A stretch of 64,000 bases of DNA. Source: an uncultured Pelagibacteraceae bacterium. Lineage in GTDB: Bacteria; Pseudomonadota; Alphaproteobacteria; Pelagibacterales; Pelagibacteraceae. This document shows, one piece after another, positions 20,132-32,211 of the stretch. The first letter of the stretch is position 1. Each line of letters begins with the position of its first letter. The stretch is taken from NCBI GenBank assembly GCA_902561075.1, contig CACEOC010000002.1, forward strand, positions 11,283-75,282, read 5' to 3'. Position numbers and translations under genes: made by a program. Under the pieces are notes generated by a model that had not been told where the DNA came from, did no database searches, and saw nothing but the letters and a program-made list of their open reading frames with translations.

Positions 20132-22204
20132 TTACACAATAGCTTGTTTAATAGACAATTTAACTTTTCCTCTATCAAATCCAATTACTTTTACTTTTAC
20201 TTGATCCCCCTCTTTGACTACATCTGAGACCTTCGCTACTCTTTTTTCTGCTAATTCTGAAATGTGGACAAGTCCATCTTGCTTTCCTAAAAAATTTACG
20301 AAAGCTCCAAATTCCATTATTTTCATTACTTTGCCATTATAAATTTTATTTAACTCTGCTTTTGCTGTTATGTCTTTTATCATCTGCATAGCAATATTAC
20401 GGGATTCTTCATCTGGAGCGGCAACTGTTACCTCTCCCTCATCATTTACGTCAACTTTTGCTCCTGATTTTTCAACAATTTCTCTTATCGTTGCCCCGCC
20501 TTTTCCGATAACTGCAGCTATATCTTTTTTATCAACAATTATTTTTTCCATTTTTGGGGTATGCTTTCCAACATCTGCTCTGGAAGCCGATAAAGCTTTA
20601 TTCATTTCTCCTAAAATGTGAATTCTACCTTCTTTTGCCTGATTTAAAGCTTGCTCCATAATTTCAAATGTAATACCAGTAATTTTAATGTCCATTTGGA
20701 GTGAGGTAATTCCATCTTTGGTACCTGCAACTTTAAAATCCATATCACCTAAATGATCTTCGTCTCCTAAAATATCTGTTAACACACTAAATTCTTCACC
20801 TTCTTTTATTAAACCCATTGCAATACCTGCTACCGGCTCTTTTATAGGCACACCTGCATCCATTAATGCTAAAGATGTTCCGCAAACAGTAGCCATAGAT
20901 GAGGATCCGTTTGACTCCGTGATTTCAGATACAACTCTAAAAGTGTATGGAAACGTCTCTTTCGAAGGTAATGATGAGTGCATAGCCCTCCAAGCCAATT
21001 TACCATGTCCAATCTCTCTTCTACCAGTACCAATCCTACCAGTTTCGCCAACAGAAAATGGTGGAAAATTGTAGTGAAGCATGAATCTTTCTCTTTGTAA
21101 TCCATCTAAACTTTCGATTCTTTGTTCATCATCAGATGTTCCTAAAGTAGCAACTACAATAGCTTGAGTTTCCCCTCTGGTGAATAAAGCCGATCCATGA
21201 GCTCTAGGTAAAATACCTACTTCACAAGAAATCGGTCTAATATCTGATAAACCTCGACCATCAATTCTATTTTTTTTCTCTAAAATATCAGTTCTTACAA
21301 TTGATTTTTCTAAATTTTTTAACTCACTATTTATATCTAGATCAGTATAATTTTCATCCTCTTCATAAAGCTTTTTAGCTTTATCAGTAATCTCAGATAT
21401 TTGATTTGATCTCTGCTGTTTATCTTTTGTCGCAAATGCTTTTTTAAGATCCTCAGTAAATGTACTCTCCAACTTTTTTTTAACCTCAGAAAGATCTTTT
21501 TTTTCTATTGTCCACTCAGGTTTTCTACACTCTTTTGCAATGTCCTCTATCATTTGAATAACTGGAAGGAAACCTTTATGACCAAATTTTACTGCATTGA
21601 GCATTTCCTCTTCTGTTAGACCACTAGCTTCTGATTCCACCATAAGTACAGCTTCTTTTGTCCCGGCAACAACTAAGTCTAATTTTGATTTTTCAAGCTC
21701 AACTTTAGATGGATTTAAAACATAATTTCCGTTAATAAAACCAACTCTAGAAGCCCCAACTGGACCCATAAATGGCATCCCTGATATCGCCAAAGCTGCA
21801 GATGAAGCTATTATAGACAAGATATCTGGCTCATTTTCTTTATCGTAAGATATTACTGTAGGTAATAGTTGTACTTCGTTTTTAAACTCATCTGGAAATA
21901 ATGGTCTAATTGGTCTATCTATTAATCTTGAGATTAGCGTTTCGCTATCAGTAGGTCTAGCCTCCCTTTTAAAATATCCCCCAGGAATTTTACCAGCAGA
22001 ATAATATTTTTCCTGGTAGTTTACTGACAGAGGAAAATAATCAACATCTGGGTTAATTTTTTTTGCTCCTACAGCGGTTGCCAAAACTACTGTTTCTCCT
22101 AAAGATGCAATAATTGCTCCATCTGCTTGTCTTGCTACTTTTCCAGTTTCTAAAATTAGTTTCTTACCTTCTAACTCGATCTCTTTTTTTACAACTTTGA
22201 ACAT
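20132..22204 (-). CDS. pnp: Polyribonucleotide nucleotidyltransferase
   Basis: [38 protein letters not shown] and S1 domains. Confidence 0.99.
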   Translation of the reverse strand: MFKVVKKEIELEGKKLILETGKVARQADGAIIASLGETVVLATAVGAKKINPDVDYFPLSVNYQEKYYSAGKIPGGYFKREARPTDSETLISRLIDRPIRPLFPDEFKNEVQLLPTVISYDKENEPDILSIIASSAALAISGMPFMGPVGASRVGFINGNYVLNPSKVELEKSKLDLVVAGTKEAVLMVESEASGLTEEEMLNAVKFGHKGFLPVIQMIEDIAKECRKPEWTIEKKDLSEVKKKLESTFTEDLKKAFATKDKQQRSNQISEITDKAKKLYEEDENYTDLDINSELKNLEKSIVRTDILEKKNRIDGRGLSDIRPISCEVGILPRAHGSALFTRGETQAIVVATLGTSDDEQRIESLDGLQRERFMLHYNFPPFSVGETGRIGTGRREIGHGKLAWRAMHSSLPSKETFPYTFRVVSEITESNGSSSMATVCGTSLALMDAGVPIKEPVAGIAMGLIKEGEEFSVLTDILGDEDHLGDMDFKVAGTKDGITSLQMDIKITGITFEIMEQALNQAKEGRIHILGEMNKALSASRADVGKHTPKMEKIIVDKKDIAAVIGKGGATIREIVEKSGAKVDVNDEGEVTVAAPDEESRNIAMQMIKDITAKAELNKIYNGKVMKIMEFGAFVNFLGKQDGLVHISELAEKRVAKVSDVVKEGDQVKVKVIGFDRGKVKLSIKQAIV

Positions 22205-22223
22205 ATTTTATATCTTTCCCTTT

Positions 22224-22472
22224 TTACTTTCTTAAATTTAATTTTGAAATTACAGCTTTGTAGGAAGCTATTTTATTTTTTTTTAGATACACTAATAATT
22301 TTTTTCTTTTATTAACTGCCTTTAATAATCCTACTGAAGAATGTTTGTCTTTTTTGTTTTTTTTAATATGTTCAGACAAATAACTAATTTTCTCTGTTAA
22401 TAATCCAATCTGAACCTCTGAAGATCCTGTATCTTTTTCGTGTTTTGCAATATCTTTGATTTGTTTCTTCAT
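22224..22472 (-). CDS. rpsO: 30S ribosomal protein S15
   Basis: DTGSSEVQI, KKDKHS..GLLK, LNLRK; AAGGA RBS. Confidence 0.95.
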   Translation of the reverse strand: MKKQIKDIAKHEKDTGSSEVQIGLLTEKISYLSEHIKKNKKDKHSSVGLLKAVNKRKKLLVYLKKNKIASYKAVISKLNLRK

Positions 22473-22481
22473 TTTTTCCTT

Positions 22482-22847
22482 CTATTTGTTTATTTGTTTA
22501 ATTAAATTCTCTATTTTTTCAGCGTAGTCAAAAGATTCATCCTTTATAAATAAAATTTTTGGAAGAAATTTCATAGTAATTTTTTTTGACAAAACTTTTC
22601 TAACTAAGTGAGAGAAATCTTTTAACATTTCAACTGTATTATTGGCATTTTTACCCCCTAATGGTAGAACAAATGCTTTAGCAGTTTTTAGATCTTGACT
22701 CATTCGAACTTCTGTTACGGTAATTTCTTTAGTATCAATATTAGGGATTTTAGCCTCATCTCTTATAAAAATTAAACTTAACGCTTGCTTAATCATCTCT
22801 CCTACTCGCAATTGTCTTTGTGTAAAACCTTTTTCTAATTTTTTCAT
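22482..22847 (-). CDS. rbfA: Ribosome-binding factor A
   Basis: QRQLRVGE, VTEVRMSQDLK, DESFDYA. Confidence 0.96.
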   Translation of the reverse strand: MKKLEKGFTQRQLRVGEMIKQALSLIFIRDEAKIPNIDTKEITVTEVRMSQDLKTAKAFVLPLGGKNANNTVEMLKDFSHLVRKVLSKKITMKFLPKILFIKDESFDYAEKIENLIKQINK

Positions 22848-22852
22848 TTTAA

Positions 22853-25069
22853 CTATATCGACCTTTCTAATACAGTTGAATTATAAACCTCAATAATGTC
22901 TTGTTTTTGAAAGTCACTAAAGTCCTTTAAAGTGATTCCGCATTCAAGTCCAGCTGAAACTTGTTTTGCTTGATTTTTCTCTCTAAAAATTGAGCCTATT
23001 TTTCCATTAAATATAATTTTTCCATCTCTTATCAATCTTGCATTGGAATCTTGTGATATTTCACCTTCAATAACTTTTGAACCAGCCACTTTTCCAACTT
23101 TAGAGACTTTAAATATCTCAAGTATTTCGGCTGAACCTAAAATATTCTCTGTAACATCTGGGGAAAGCAAACCTGACATTCTTTTTTTAACAAAATCTAT
23201 AACCTCATAAATTATATTATAATTTGAGATAGTAATTTTTTCTTGTTCAGCAAGTTTTTTTGCTTCCTTAGTTGGTTTGACATTAAACGCAATTAAAATA
23301 GCATTAGATGCTTTTGAAAGCGTTACATCTGTTTCAGTTACCATTCCAATATCGGATAAAATAATTTTTGGTTTTACTTCATCATGTTTTATTTGAGAAA
23401 TTGCATTTTTTATTGCCTCTGAAGACCCATGTACATCAGATTTAATTATAATATTTAAATCTTCTGAAACCTTATCTTTAAAAGCAAATTCTTGATTAAT
23501 TAGAGATACAGGACTTCTTCCATCCTTATGTTCTTGAACTCTCGCAGCGTTTAGAGATTTAGCTTCTTTCTCATTATTTAAGACAATAAAATCATCTCCT
23601 GATTTTGCAGCACCACTTATACCAAGTATTTCTAAAGGTGTTGAAGGAAAAGCTTTCTCTATACTAATACCTTGATCGTTGACTAATGCTCTAATTTTAC
23701 CCCACTCTAAACCACTTACAAAATAATCACCTTTATTAAGAGTCCCATCAGTTACTATTATATTTGCTATTGGTCCCCTACCTATGTCAATTTTCGACTC
23801 TATAACTATTCCTTTAGCTTTTGTTTCATAATTTGATTTTAAGTCCAAAAGCTCGGACTGAAGCAACACAGATTCGATTAATTTATCTAAATTTTTTTTA
23901 TTTTTAGTGGAAATTTCTACCATTAGTGTGTCTCCTGACATATCCTCTGAAATTAATTCGTATTCTAACAATTGATTTTTAACTTTTTGCGGATCAGCTT
24001 CTGGTAAATCACATTTATTAATTGCAACAACTATTGGAACCTTAGCAGCTTTAGCATGTTTAATAGACTCAATTGTTTGAGGTTTAACTCCGTCGTCTGC
24101 TGCAACAACTAAAATAACAATGTCTGTAAGCTTTGATCCTCTTGCTCTCATTTCAGTGAAAGCGGCATGACCAGGTGTGTCTATAAAAGTAATTTTATTC
24201 CCAAGTCTTTCTATTTGATATGCACCTATATGTTGAGTTATTCCACCAAATTCACCGCTAATAACATTAGTTTCTCTTAATACATCTAATACGGAAGTTT
24301 TTCCATGATCAACATGACCCATTACTGTAACAATTGGAGGTCTTGATTTTAGATTATCTTTTGATTTGTCGATAATATTTTTAATTATTTCCTCAGCTTT
24401 TTTTTCTTTAATTGGAACATGCCCAAATTCTTTTACAAGATACTCAGCAGTATCTTCATCAATAGTATGATTTATAGTCACAGTTAAGCCTATACTTAAA
24501 AGGTGCTTGATTATATTGCTAGATTGCTCAGCCATTCTATTTGCTAATTCTCTTATAGTAATAGTTTTTGGGATATTAATTTGTCTTTTTACAGGTTTTA
24601 ATTTTTCTTTTTTTTCCTTTTGACTCTGTTCTCTATTTTCTTTTAACTTTGCTCTTCTTAAGGATGCTAAACTCCTTGATCTTATTCCAATGTCATCTTC
24701 ACTTAAAGCTCTAGATAATGTAAGTTTTAACTCTTTTTTTTTAATATTAGATTTGACTTTTAAATCTTTTTCTCCGAGTTCACCTTTAATTCTTTTAGTA
24801 GCTCTTTGTTCGGCAAGAATTCTTTTTTCATAATCAGTCTTTAGACCCTCTTGGTTTTTTTTGGGGTAACTTTTTTCGAACAAATTGGCTTTGGGATTAA
24901 AATTACTTAGAGGTTTTTTTATATTGGATGAAAAACTCTTACGGCCTGGTCTTCCGTATTTCTTTTCAATTAATACTGAGTTTTTTGATTGGGACTTAGC
25001 TTTTTCAATACTACTATAAGTCTTCTTTGAGGTTGTAGTAACTGATAACTTTAATTTTTTTTTCTCCAT
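22853..25069 (-). CDS. infB: Translation initiation factor IF-2
   Basis: RPPIVTVMGHVDHGKTS, DTPGHAAFTEMRARG, NKCD. Confidence 0.99.
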   Translation of the reverse strand: MEKKKLKLSVTTTSKKTYSSIEKAKSQSKNSVLIEKKYGRPGRKSFSSNIKKPLSNFNPKANLFEKSYPKKNQEGLKTDYEKRILAEQRATKRIKGELGEKDLKVKSNIKKKELKLTLSRALSEDDIGIRSRSLASLRRAKLKENREQSQKEKKEKLKPVKRQINIPKTITIRELANRMAEQSSNIIKHLLSIGLTVTINHTIDEDTAEYLVKEFGHVPIKEKKAEEIIKNIIDKSKDNLKSRPPIVTVMGHVDHGKTSVLDVLRETNVISGEFGGITQHIGAYQIERLGNKITFIDTPGHAAFTEMRARGSKLTDIVILVVAADDGVKPQTIESIKHAKAAKVPIVVAINKCDLPEADPQKVKNQLLEYELISEDMSGDTLMVEISTKNKKNLDKLIESVLLQSELLDLKSNYETKAKGIVIESKIDIGRGPIANIIVTDGTLNKGDYFVSGLEWGKIRALVNDQGISIEKAFPSTPLEILGISGAAKSGDDFIVLNNEKEAKSLNAARVQEHKDGRSPVSLINQEFAFKDKVSEDLNIIIKSDVHGSSEAIKNAISQIKHDEVKPKIILSDIGMVTETDVTLSKASNAILIAFNVKPTKEAKKLAEQEKITISNYNIIYEVIDFVKKRMSGLLSPDVTENILGSAEILEIFKVSKVGKVAGSKVIEGEISQDSNARLIRDGKIIFNGKIGSIFREKNQAKQVSAGLECGITLKDFSDFQKQDIIEVYNSTVLERSI

Positions 25070-25079
25070 GTTTCATACC

Positions 25080-26633
25080 TCAATCTTTGTAAACTTTTTC
25101 TCTAGCCGTCATAATTAATTGATCAGCTTCGGTTTTAGAAAGCGCAAATTCTTCTAAGTAACCTTTTATCTTTACTTTTTCACCTTTTATCACATCAAAT
25201 CCACCAGTAAGTTCATCTGATGCTAAATCTGCAAAATCAACAAGGGTAAGAATTTTTTGCTCACCTAAGGTAACTAGCATTCCTGGAGTAAGACCCTCAT
25301 GAGTAATTAGATCGTTTTCTAATCCTAGATCTTTAATTTTATTAGAAATCTCTTCTTGATCTTTCATATGACTTTCTTTTGCTCTTTCTATTAATTCTTT
25401 AGCAATCTCATTTTCTATACCTTCAATTTTAGCTAGGTCTTCTTCCTTTGCATCTTTAATAAGGTCTATCGATGAAAAGCCTTCAGCAACTAATAATTGA
25501 CCTAATGTTTCGTCGAGCTCTAAATTTTTAATTAGGTTCTCTGTTTTGTCTTTAAATTCTATTTGTCTTCTCTCAGAATCTTCTTGATCCGTCATTATGT
25601 TAATCTCATAGTTTAAAAGTTTAGTGGCTAACCTAACATTTTGACCTCTTCTTCCAATAGCTTTACTTAAATTTTCCTCAGATAAAATAACATCAAGTTT
25701 TTTTGAAACTGAGTCAACATTAACTCTTTGGACTTCTGCGGGAGATAATGCGTTTGCTACTACAATGGCGGGATCTTCAGACCAGTTTACAATATCTATT
25801 TTTTCACCTTGCAATTCATTAACCACAGCCTGCACTCTACTTCCTCTCATTCCTACACATGCGCCTACAGGGTCTAAGGATGTATCTATTGCTTTAACAC
25901 ATATTTTTGCTCTGCTACCTGGATCTCTTGAAGATGATTTAATTTCAATTAAACCATCATATATCTCAGGAACTTCCTGTATAAAAAGTTTTTCCATAAA
26001 TTTATGATGCGCTCTTGATAAAAAAATTTGTTGTCCCCTTTGCTCTCTTCTCACGTCTAGACAGTAGGCTTTAACTCTGTCTCCAGCTTTTATATTTTCC
26101 CTGGGTATCATTTCATTTTTTTGTATAATAGCCTCTGTACCACCTAAATCTACGATAACATTTCCAAATTCGACACGCTTTACAATACCACTAAGTATAG
26201 AGTCTTTTTTGTCATAAAAATCATTGAATTGTCTTTCTCTTTCAGCTTCTCTTACACTGAAAGTTATAACCTGTTTAGCTGTTTGTGCCGCTATTCTTCC
26301 AAAATCAAAAGATGGCAACGGCTGCAATATCTCATCACCAATATTTTTATTTCTATTGTTTTCATCTAAGGTATAAGCTTCGTTTAAAGATATTTCTAAA
26401 TTAGTATTTAGAGGTTTCTCAACAATTTGTAATTTTCTAAATATGGATATATCTCCACTTTCTCTATTTATCTGTACTTGAATTTCATTTTCAGATCCAA
26501 ATTTCGACTTCGCAGCTTTAGCTATTCCATTCTCCATTGAATTTATTATCAATTCTTTATCAATTGATTTTTCTAAAGCGACTGCTTCAGCAATTCTTAA
26601 CAACTCTAATTTATCTGCTCTTCTATTTAACAT
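25080..26633 (-). CDS. nusA: Transcription termination/antitermination factor
   Basis: FGRIAAQTAKQ, DPVGACVGMRGSRVQ, AIGRRGQNVRLA. Confidence 0.99.
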   Translation of the reverse strand: MLNRRADKLELLRIAEAVALEKSIDKELIINSMENGIAKAAKSKFGSENEIQVQINRESGDISIFRKLQIVEKPLNTNLEISLNEAYTLDENNRNKNIGDEILQPLPSFDFGRIAAQTAKQVITFSVREAERERQFNDFYDKKDSILSGIVKRVEFGNVIVDLGGTEAIIQKNEMIPRENIKAGDRVKAYCLDVRREQRGQQIFLSRAHHKFMEKLFIQEVPEIYDGLIEIKSSSRDPGSRAKICVKAIDTSLDPVGACVGMRGSRVQAVVNELQGEKIDIVNWSEDPAIVVANALSPAEVQRVNVDSVSKKLDVILSEENLSKAIGRRGQNVRLATKLLNYEINIMTDQEDSERRQIEFKDKTENLIKNLELDETLGQLLVAEGFSSIDLIKDAKEEDLAKIEGIENEIAKELIERAKESHMKDQEEISNKIKDLGLENDLITHEGLTPGMLVTLGEQKILTLVDFADLASDELTGGFDVIKGEKVKIKGYLEEFALSKTEADQLIMTAREKVYKD

Positions 26634-26640
26634 ACTAACT

Positions 26641-26665
26641 AAAAAAAAATGGGCCGAAGCCCATT
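26641..26665 (-). terminator. Intrinsic terminator / rimP-leader-like attenuator in front of nusA
   Basis: Minus strand AAUGGGC-UUCG-GCCCAUU plus U run, ending 7 nt before nusA ATG. Confidence 0.8.
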
Positions 26666-26688
26666 ATGAATTTCAATAATTTAAATGA

Positions 26689-26716
26689 AATATAAGTATT
26701 TTTTCTAGTTTTTCAA
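26689..26716 (-). promoter_or_regulatory. Putative nusA-operon promoter
   Basis: Minus strand TTGAAA-16 nt-TATATT between metK stop and the hairpin. Confidence 0.55.
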
Positions 26717-26731
26717 CTTTAATTACTTTTA

Positions 26732-27895
26732 TTACTTGTTAAAAACCTTTGATTTATCTGTTTTTTCCCATGAAAATGATCCATCATTTTCAGCTTCTCT
26801 ACCGAAATGACCGTAGGCTGCCGTTTTTTGATAAATTGCCTTATTAAGACCTAGCATTTCTCTAATTCCTCTTGGACTTAAGTCAAAGTTTTCGTTTATT
26901 AGTTTTTCTACATGTCTATTTTTTTCTTCGTCATTATCGAATAAATCAACGTATATTGATAAAGGTTTTGAAACTCCAATCGCATATGCTAACTGAATTA
27001 GACATTTGTCTGCAATCTTTGAAGCAACAACATTTTTTGCTAGGTATCTTGAAGCATAAGCCGCTGATCTATCTACTTTAGTCGGGTCTTTTCCTGAAAA
27101 AGCACCTCCACCGTGAGGAGCTGCTCCTCCATAAGTGTCTACAATTATTTTTCTACCTGTAAGACCACTGTCTCCATCCGGACCTCCAATTACAAAATTT
27201 CCTGTAGGATTTATGTAAATTTCGTTATCATCAAGACTTCCTAATAAATTTTTTGGAATAGCTTTATGAATATATGGAACACAAAGTTCTTTTACTTTAG
27301 CTAAATTAACATCTTTTGAATGTTGCGTAGAAATCACAACTGATTTTACTGCTGCTGGTTTCCCATTTTTATATTCAATTGTAATTTGACTCTTTGAGTC
27401 TGGTTCAATTCCATCAAGTTTTCCTGATTTTCTATCTTCAGCCATTAATCTTAAAATCTTATGTGAATAATGGATAGGAGCTGGCATTAGTACATCTGTT
27501 TCGTTACAAGCATACCCAAACATTATTCCTTGGTCTCCAGCACCCTCGTCTTTATTACCTGACGAGTCTACCCCCATTGCAATATCAGCTGATTGTGCGT
27601 GTAAGTGACTTTCAATTTTAGTTGCTTCTCTCCAAGTAAAACCCTCTTGATCATAACCAATATCCTTAATACAATCTCTAACCTTGTTTATTAATTCATC
27701 TTTTTTTATTTCTGGACCTCTAACTTCTCCAGCGAGCACAACTTTATTTGTTGTTGTTAATGTTTCACAGGCAACTCTTGATTGTGGCTCTGCACCTAAA
27801 TAAGTATCAACTACCATGTCAGAAATTCTGTCGCAAACTTTATCTGGATGACCTTCAGAAACGGATTCGCTTGTAAATAAATAATTTTTTTTCAT
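26732..27895 (-). CDS. metK: S-adenosylmethionine synthetase
   Basis: [49 protein letters not shown]. Confidence 0.99.
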   Translation of the reverse strand: MKKNYLFTSESVSEGHPDKVCDRISDMVVDTYLGAEPQSRVACETLTTTNKVVLAGEVRGPEIKKDELINKVRDCIKDIGYDQEGFTWREATKIESHLHAQSADIAMGVDSSGNKDEGAGDQGIMFGYACNETDVLMPAPIHYSHKILRLMAEDRKSGKLDGIEPDSKSQITIEYKNGKPAAVKSVVISTQHSKDVNLAKVKELCVPYIHKAIPKNLLGSLDDNEIYINPTGNFVIGGPDGDSGLTGRKIIVDTYGGAAPHGGGAFSGKDPTKVDRSAAYASRYLAKNVVASKIADKCLIQLAYAIGVSKPLSIYVDLFDNDEEKNRHVEKLINENFDLSPRGIREMLGLNKAIYQKTAAYGHFGREAENDGSFSWEKTDKSKVFNK

Positions 27896-29433
27896 TATAG
27901 GTCCTTTCTTTTTAAGAAAAAAATGAAACTAATATAAAAAATTAGAAAATTAAAGAAGATCTTGTTACCGAATTTAGAGAATAACGTTTTAGTAGAGATT
28001 TGCATATTATTTACTGTAATAACACCACTTGAAGTTGATTCAATTCTTTTCATTACTATTCCGTTGGGATTTATTATTGCTGAAATACCGTTGTTAGATG
28101 AACGGAATATATTTTTTCCCTCTTCAATAGCTCTGAAAATAGATTTTGAAAAATGTTGGTGTGGCCCAATAGAGTCTCCAAACCAGCCATCTTCAGAAAT
28201 ATTAACTATAACATCAAAATTATTATTATCTTTTACTATTTTCCCTGAGTAGACTATTTCATAACAAATTAAAGGCAATAAAGAAATATCTTGAAAATAA
28301 ATAATTTTTCTCTCGTTTGAAGATGAAAAAGAACTATAACCTTGTGTTATTTTTTTAAATCCTAATTTTTTTAAAAAACCTTCAAAGGGTAAAAACTCTC
28401 CAAATGGTACAAGTTTATTTTTATTATACTTGTGTAAAACATTAAATTTATTGTCTAGCACAACCAAAGAGTTATATATATTTCCATTTTCTCTACTGTT
28501 AATGCCCATTATAATAAAATGTTTCTCTGAAATCGAATGACTTGAACCTTTAATTATATAATTTAATTCGTCTAAATATATTCCAGTTAATATTCCTTCT
28601 GGTAATATATATAAAGTTTTTTGATTGTCTTCTGATTTCATTAAGTTGAATAAATCATTAATCTTATTGTTGATACTCTCTTCTTGAAAATATCTTTCAA
28701 GTTTAATTGAGGGTGATAATATTTTTATGGTTGTATCTAGTTTCCTCATCTCTGCTCTTTTCGAATTGGTAATTATATAAGCGCCTAATAAATAATTAAG
28801 AACAAAAATAAAAATTATTATAAATGAAGACAAAATTTTATTTGCTCTTGAACTTTGAAAAACAACAAACAAAGGAGACAAAAAAGTTATTATTACTATT
28901 AAGTTAAATAAATAAGTACCAAGAAATGAAATAATTTGAATTTGCTCTATCAAATTTACTAAACTGTAAGATATTAAATTCCATGGGAAACCTGTTAATA
29001 TAGTTCCTCTTAAGTAATCCACTAGAGATAACATGAGTGCAAATATTAGAACTGATGAAAAGTTTTCTTTAAATTTAAAGTAAGACATTAAAAAAGTTGC
29101 TAATGCAGTAAAGATCCCAAGAATAAGCGGTAATAATATTATTGAAAAAGGTATTAATGGTTTAAAAATATCATCAAATTTAAGAGAATATGAAATCCAA
29201 TATAAACTAGAGATAAAATAACCAAAACCAAACGACCATCCGAGAAAAAAAAGTTTTATTTTTTTATCGTTGTATTTTTTTATTATTAAATAAAGCAATG
29301 GAAATGTTATAAAGTTTAAAAAAAAAAAATTATATGGTGGCAAGCTAAATGAACTTAAAATTCCTAAAAAAAATATTGTTGCAAAGTTGAAAATTAACAA
29401 ATTTTTAAATTTATTCTTAAAATGTATGGTCAA
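27895..29433 (-). CDS. lnt: Apolipoprotein N-acyltransferase
   Basis: Multi-TM N-terminus, GFPWN, PEG, KLVPFGE, LICYE. Confidence 0.95.
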   Translation of the reverse strand: MTIHFKNKFKNLLIFNFATIFFLGILSSFSLPPYNFFFLNFITFPLLYLIIKKYNDKKIKLFFLGWSFGFGYFISSLYWISYSLKFDDIFKPLIPFSIILLPLILGIFTALATFLMSYFKFKENFSSVLIFALMLSLVDYLRGTILTGFPWNLISYSLVNLIEQIQIISFLGTYLFNLIVIITFLSPLFVVFQSSRANKILSSFIIIFIFVLNYLLGAYIITNSKRAEMRKLDTTIKILSPSIKLERYFQEESINNKINDLFNLMKSEDNQKTLYILPEGILTGIYLDELNYIIKGSSHSISEKHFIIMGINSRENGNIYNSLVVLDNKFNVLHKYNKNKLVPFGEFLPFEGFLKKLGFKKITQGYSSFSSSNERKIIYFQDISLLPLICYEIVYSGKIVKDNNNFDVIVNISEDGWFGDSIGPHQHFSKSIFRAIEEGKNIFRSSNNGISAIINPNGIVMKRIESTSSGVITVNNMQISTKTLFSKFGNKIFFNFLIFYISFIFFLKRKDL

Positions 29434-29863
29434 AACAATCTAATATTTTTTTTTCAATTTTACTCATTTTAGCAAAATCTTTAATTTTTTTGTGGTCAAA
29501 TCCCAAAAGGTGCAAATAACCATGCACCCACATTCTATCAAACTCATAATTAAAATTTGTATTTTTAGACCTTTTATCTACAACTTCAAAATTAACGGCA
29601 ACGTCTCCAAGATAATCAGTATTTAAAAATTTATCATTATTAGGAAATGATAAAACATCAGTAGATTTATTTTTATTTTTAAATTTAAGGTTTAAATTTT
29701 TCATTTTTTTTGAACTTGTAAGTAATAATGAAAATTCTTTATTATTACCTTTTAAAAATTTATTTCTTTTTATTTTTCTAACCTTTTTTTTTATATAATT
29801 TTTAGGTTCAGAAATTTTTTTATTCCATTTAGAAAAGTCAATAATAACATTAACTTTAGTCAT
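29417..29863 (-). CDS. ybeY: rRNA maturation endoribonuclease
   Basis: TDVLSFP, HGYLHLLGFDH. Confidence 0.96.
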   Translation of the reverse strand: MTKVNVIIDFSKWNKKISEPKNYIKKKVRKIKRNKFLKGNNKEFSLLLTSSKKMKNLNLKFKNKNKSTDVLSFPNNDKFLNTDYLGDVAVNFEVVDKRSKNTNFNYEFDRMWVHGYLHLLGFDHKKIKDFAKMSKIEKKILDCFDHTF

Positions 29864-30870
29864 TCATTTCTTTTGAAATCATCTGAATAAGCTTTGACAA
29901 TTTTAGAGACGAGAGGATGTCTTACAACATCTAAATGGTCAAAATCGATTGTTGAAATTTCTTTTATATGTCCTAAGATTTTTTTTGATCTGACAAGACC
30001 TGAATAAGATTTGTTAGGTAAATCTATTTGAGAAGGGTCTCCATTTATAACAATCTTTGAATTTTCTCCTATACGAGTTAGGAACATTTTAATCTGCGTA
30101 TCAGTAGCATTTTGTGCTTCATCTAAAATTGCAAATGAATTTTTTAGTGTTCTTCCTCTCATAAAAGCTAATGGTGCTATTTCAATATCGCCGATCTCAA
30201 TTTTTTTTTGTATTTTTTCAAAATCTAAAAGATCATAAAGTGAATCATACAAAGGTCTTAAATATGGGTCTACTTTTTCCTTCATATCGCCAGGCAGAAA
30301 ACCTAATCTTTCTCCGGCCTCAACAGCTGGACGAGATAAAATTATACGCTCTATTTTTTTCTCAAGAAGCATAGATAGTGCTACCGCTACAGCTAAAAAA
30401 GTTTTACCTGTTCCTGCAGGTCCAGCAGAAATTACTATGTCTTTTTCTTTTAATGCTCTTACATAATTTTTCTGTTTTTCAGATCGAGGAATAACTGATT
30501 TTTTCGGTGTTTTAATTATGTACTCTACATTATTCTTATTTTCAGACTTTTCTTCAATCATAAATTCATTAATAGAGGATAATACATCTTTTTTTTCTAG
30601 CGATCCATTATTTAAAAATCTATCTGATAAAAAAATGATTGCATTCTTAATTATTTCGTTTTCTTTACCACTACCTTTTACTGATATAGAATTTCCCCTA
30701 GTATAAATATTTGTATTAGTGATCTTTTCTAATTCCTTGATATTACTGTTAAATTCCCCAACCACATTAGAAAGTAGCTCATTACTCTGAAAAATAATAC
30801 TTAAATTATTATTGTCAGAATATACAAATTTTAAATATTGATTATGTTTTTTTTCTAAAATATTTTTCAA
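29860..30870 (-). CDS. phoH: PhoH-like ATPase (YbeZ)
   Basis: GPAGTGKT, RPAVEAGERLGFLPGD, FMRGRT, DEAQN; TTG start. Confidence 0.95.
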   Translation of the reverse strand: MKNILEKKHNQYLKFVYSDNNNLSIIFQSNELLSNVVGEFNSNIKELEKITNTNIYTRGNSISVKGSGKENEIIKNAIIFLSDRFLNNGSLEKKDVLSSINEFMIEEKSENKNNVEYIIKTPKKSVIPRSEKQKNYVRALKEKDIVISAGPAGTGKTFLAVAVALSMLLEKKIERIILSRPAVEAGERLGFLPGDMKEKVDPYLRPLYDSLYDLLDFEKIQKKIEIGDIEIAPLAFMRGRTLKNSFAILDEAQNATDTQIKMFLTRIGENSKIVINGDPSQIDLPNKSYSGLVRSKKILGHIKEISTIDFDHLDVVRHPLVSKIVKAYSDDFKRNE

Positions 30871-32205
30871 TTAAGCTGCTTTTGTATCTAAGTTAATAAT
30901 TTTTCCAAATAGTGAATTCTGGTTGTATTTTTCAACTTTTACAATTACTTCTTTACCTACATTATTCTCTGAACCATCACAAATTACAGAATTTAAATAT
31001 TTGTTTCTTCCAAATAATTTTTTTGTTTCATTCATTTTGTTTTCAATTAAAACACTCAGGGTTCTACCTTTAAAGTTTTTATTAGTTTGTATTTGATATT
31101 CAAATAATAAATTCTGCATTTCAATTAGTTTATCTTTTGAAATATTATTATCAATTGTTTTAAACTCTCCAGCTTTTGTACCAGGTCTAGGACTAAATAT
31201 AAAAGAAAAAGAATTTATAAATTTAATTTTTTTTATCAAATTTATAGTATCTTCAAAGTCACATTGTTCCTCACCAGGATAAGAGACAATAAAATCACTT
31301 GAAAATTTTACCTCAGGATTATTTTTTAAAATTTTATCACATACATCAACATATTGTTCTACAGTGTGCTTTCTATTCATTAGCTTTAGAATTTTATTTG
31401 ATCCACTTTGAATAGGGAGATGTATAAAAGGCATTAATTTTTTGTTATATTTATAACATTCAATTAAATCATCAGTCATATCTATTGGATGTGATGTGGT
31501 ATATCTAATTCTTTTAATTTCTGAAAATTTTTCTAATTCATTAATCAAATTTGAGATTCTATACTCTTTATTATTTTCTATAAATGAATATGCATTAACA
31601 TTTTGTCCCAATAATGTTATTTCTTTAACTCCATTTTTAATTAAAATTTCTGCCTCCTGTAAAATTTTTTTAAATGGTCTCGAATACTCTGGTCCTCTAG
31701 TAAAAGGAACAACACAAAAATGGCAAAATTTATCACATCCCTCTTGAATAGTTAAAAACGATGAAACCTTATTACTGGAGTTTTTAATTTTATCAAAATG
31801 TTCAAATTTTTCTATCGTATCGATTTCTGTTTCCTCGATTTTTTTTATATTTAAAAAATTTTTAATTGTATTATTTATCTTATGATAGGATTGCGGCCCA
31901 ATTACTACATCTATAAAAGGTTCTCTTTTAAACATTTCATCATTCTCAGCTTGTGCAACACATCCAGCAATCACCATTATTGGTTTCTTTTTATTTTGAT
32001 ATATTTTTTTAACTCTTCCAACCTCATGATAGACTTTTTCCTTTGCTTTATCTCTAATGTGACAGGTATTTAATATATAACAATCAGTTTGATTTTGGTT
32101 ATCTGTCTTCTCAAATCCAATAGTCTTTAAAGAATCATAAATTCTATTACTATCGTAAACGTTCATCTGGCAACCAAAAGTCTTAATAAAAACTTTTTTA
32201 CTCAT
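30871..32205 (-). CDS. miaB: tRNA ms2i6A37 methylthiotransferase
   Basis: TFGCQMNVYDS, QEGCDKFCHFC radical SAM motif, TRAM domain. Confidence 0.97.
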   Translation of the reverse strand: MSKKVFIKTFGCQMNVYDSNRIYDSLKTIGFEKTDNQNQTDCYILNTCHIRDKAKEKVYHEVGRVKKIYQNKKKPIMVIAGCVAQAENDEMFKREPFIDVVIGPQSYHKINNTIKNFLNIKKIEETEIDTIEKFEHFDKIKNSSNKVSSFLTIQEGCDKFCHFCVVPFTRGPEYSRPFKKILQEAEILIKNGVKEITLLGQNVNAYSFIENNKEYRISNLINELEKFSEIKRIRYTTSHPIDMTDDLIECYKYNKKLMPFIHLPIQSGSNKILKLMNRKHTVEQYVDVCDKILKNNPEVKFSSDFIVSYPGEEQCDFEDTINLIKKIKFINSFSFIFSPRPGTKAGEFKTIDNNISKDKLIEMQNLLFEYQIQTNKNFKGRTLSVLIENKMNETKKLFGRNKYLNSVICDGSENNVGKEVIVKVEKYNQNSLFGKIINLDTKAA

Positions 32206-32211
32206 TAAAGA

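Noticed and set aside
29318-29328. Long A/T homopolymers (lnt, argH and others) as phase-variation or frameshift sites
   Set aside because: All host ORFs are intact and in frame; such runs are common at this composition
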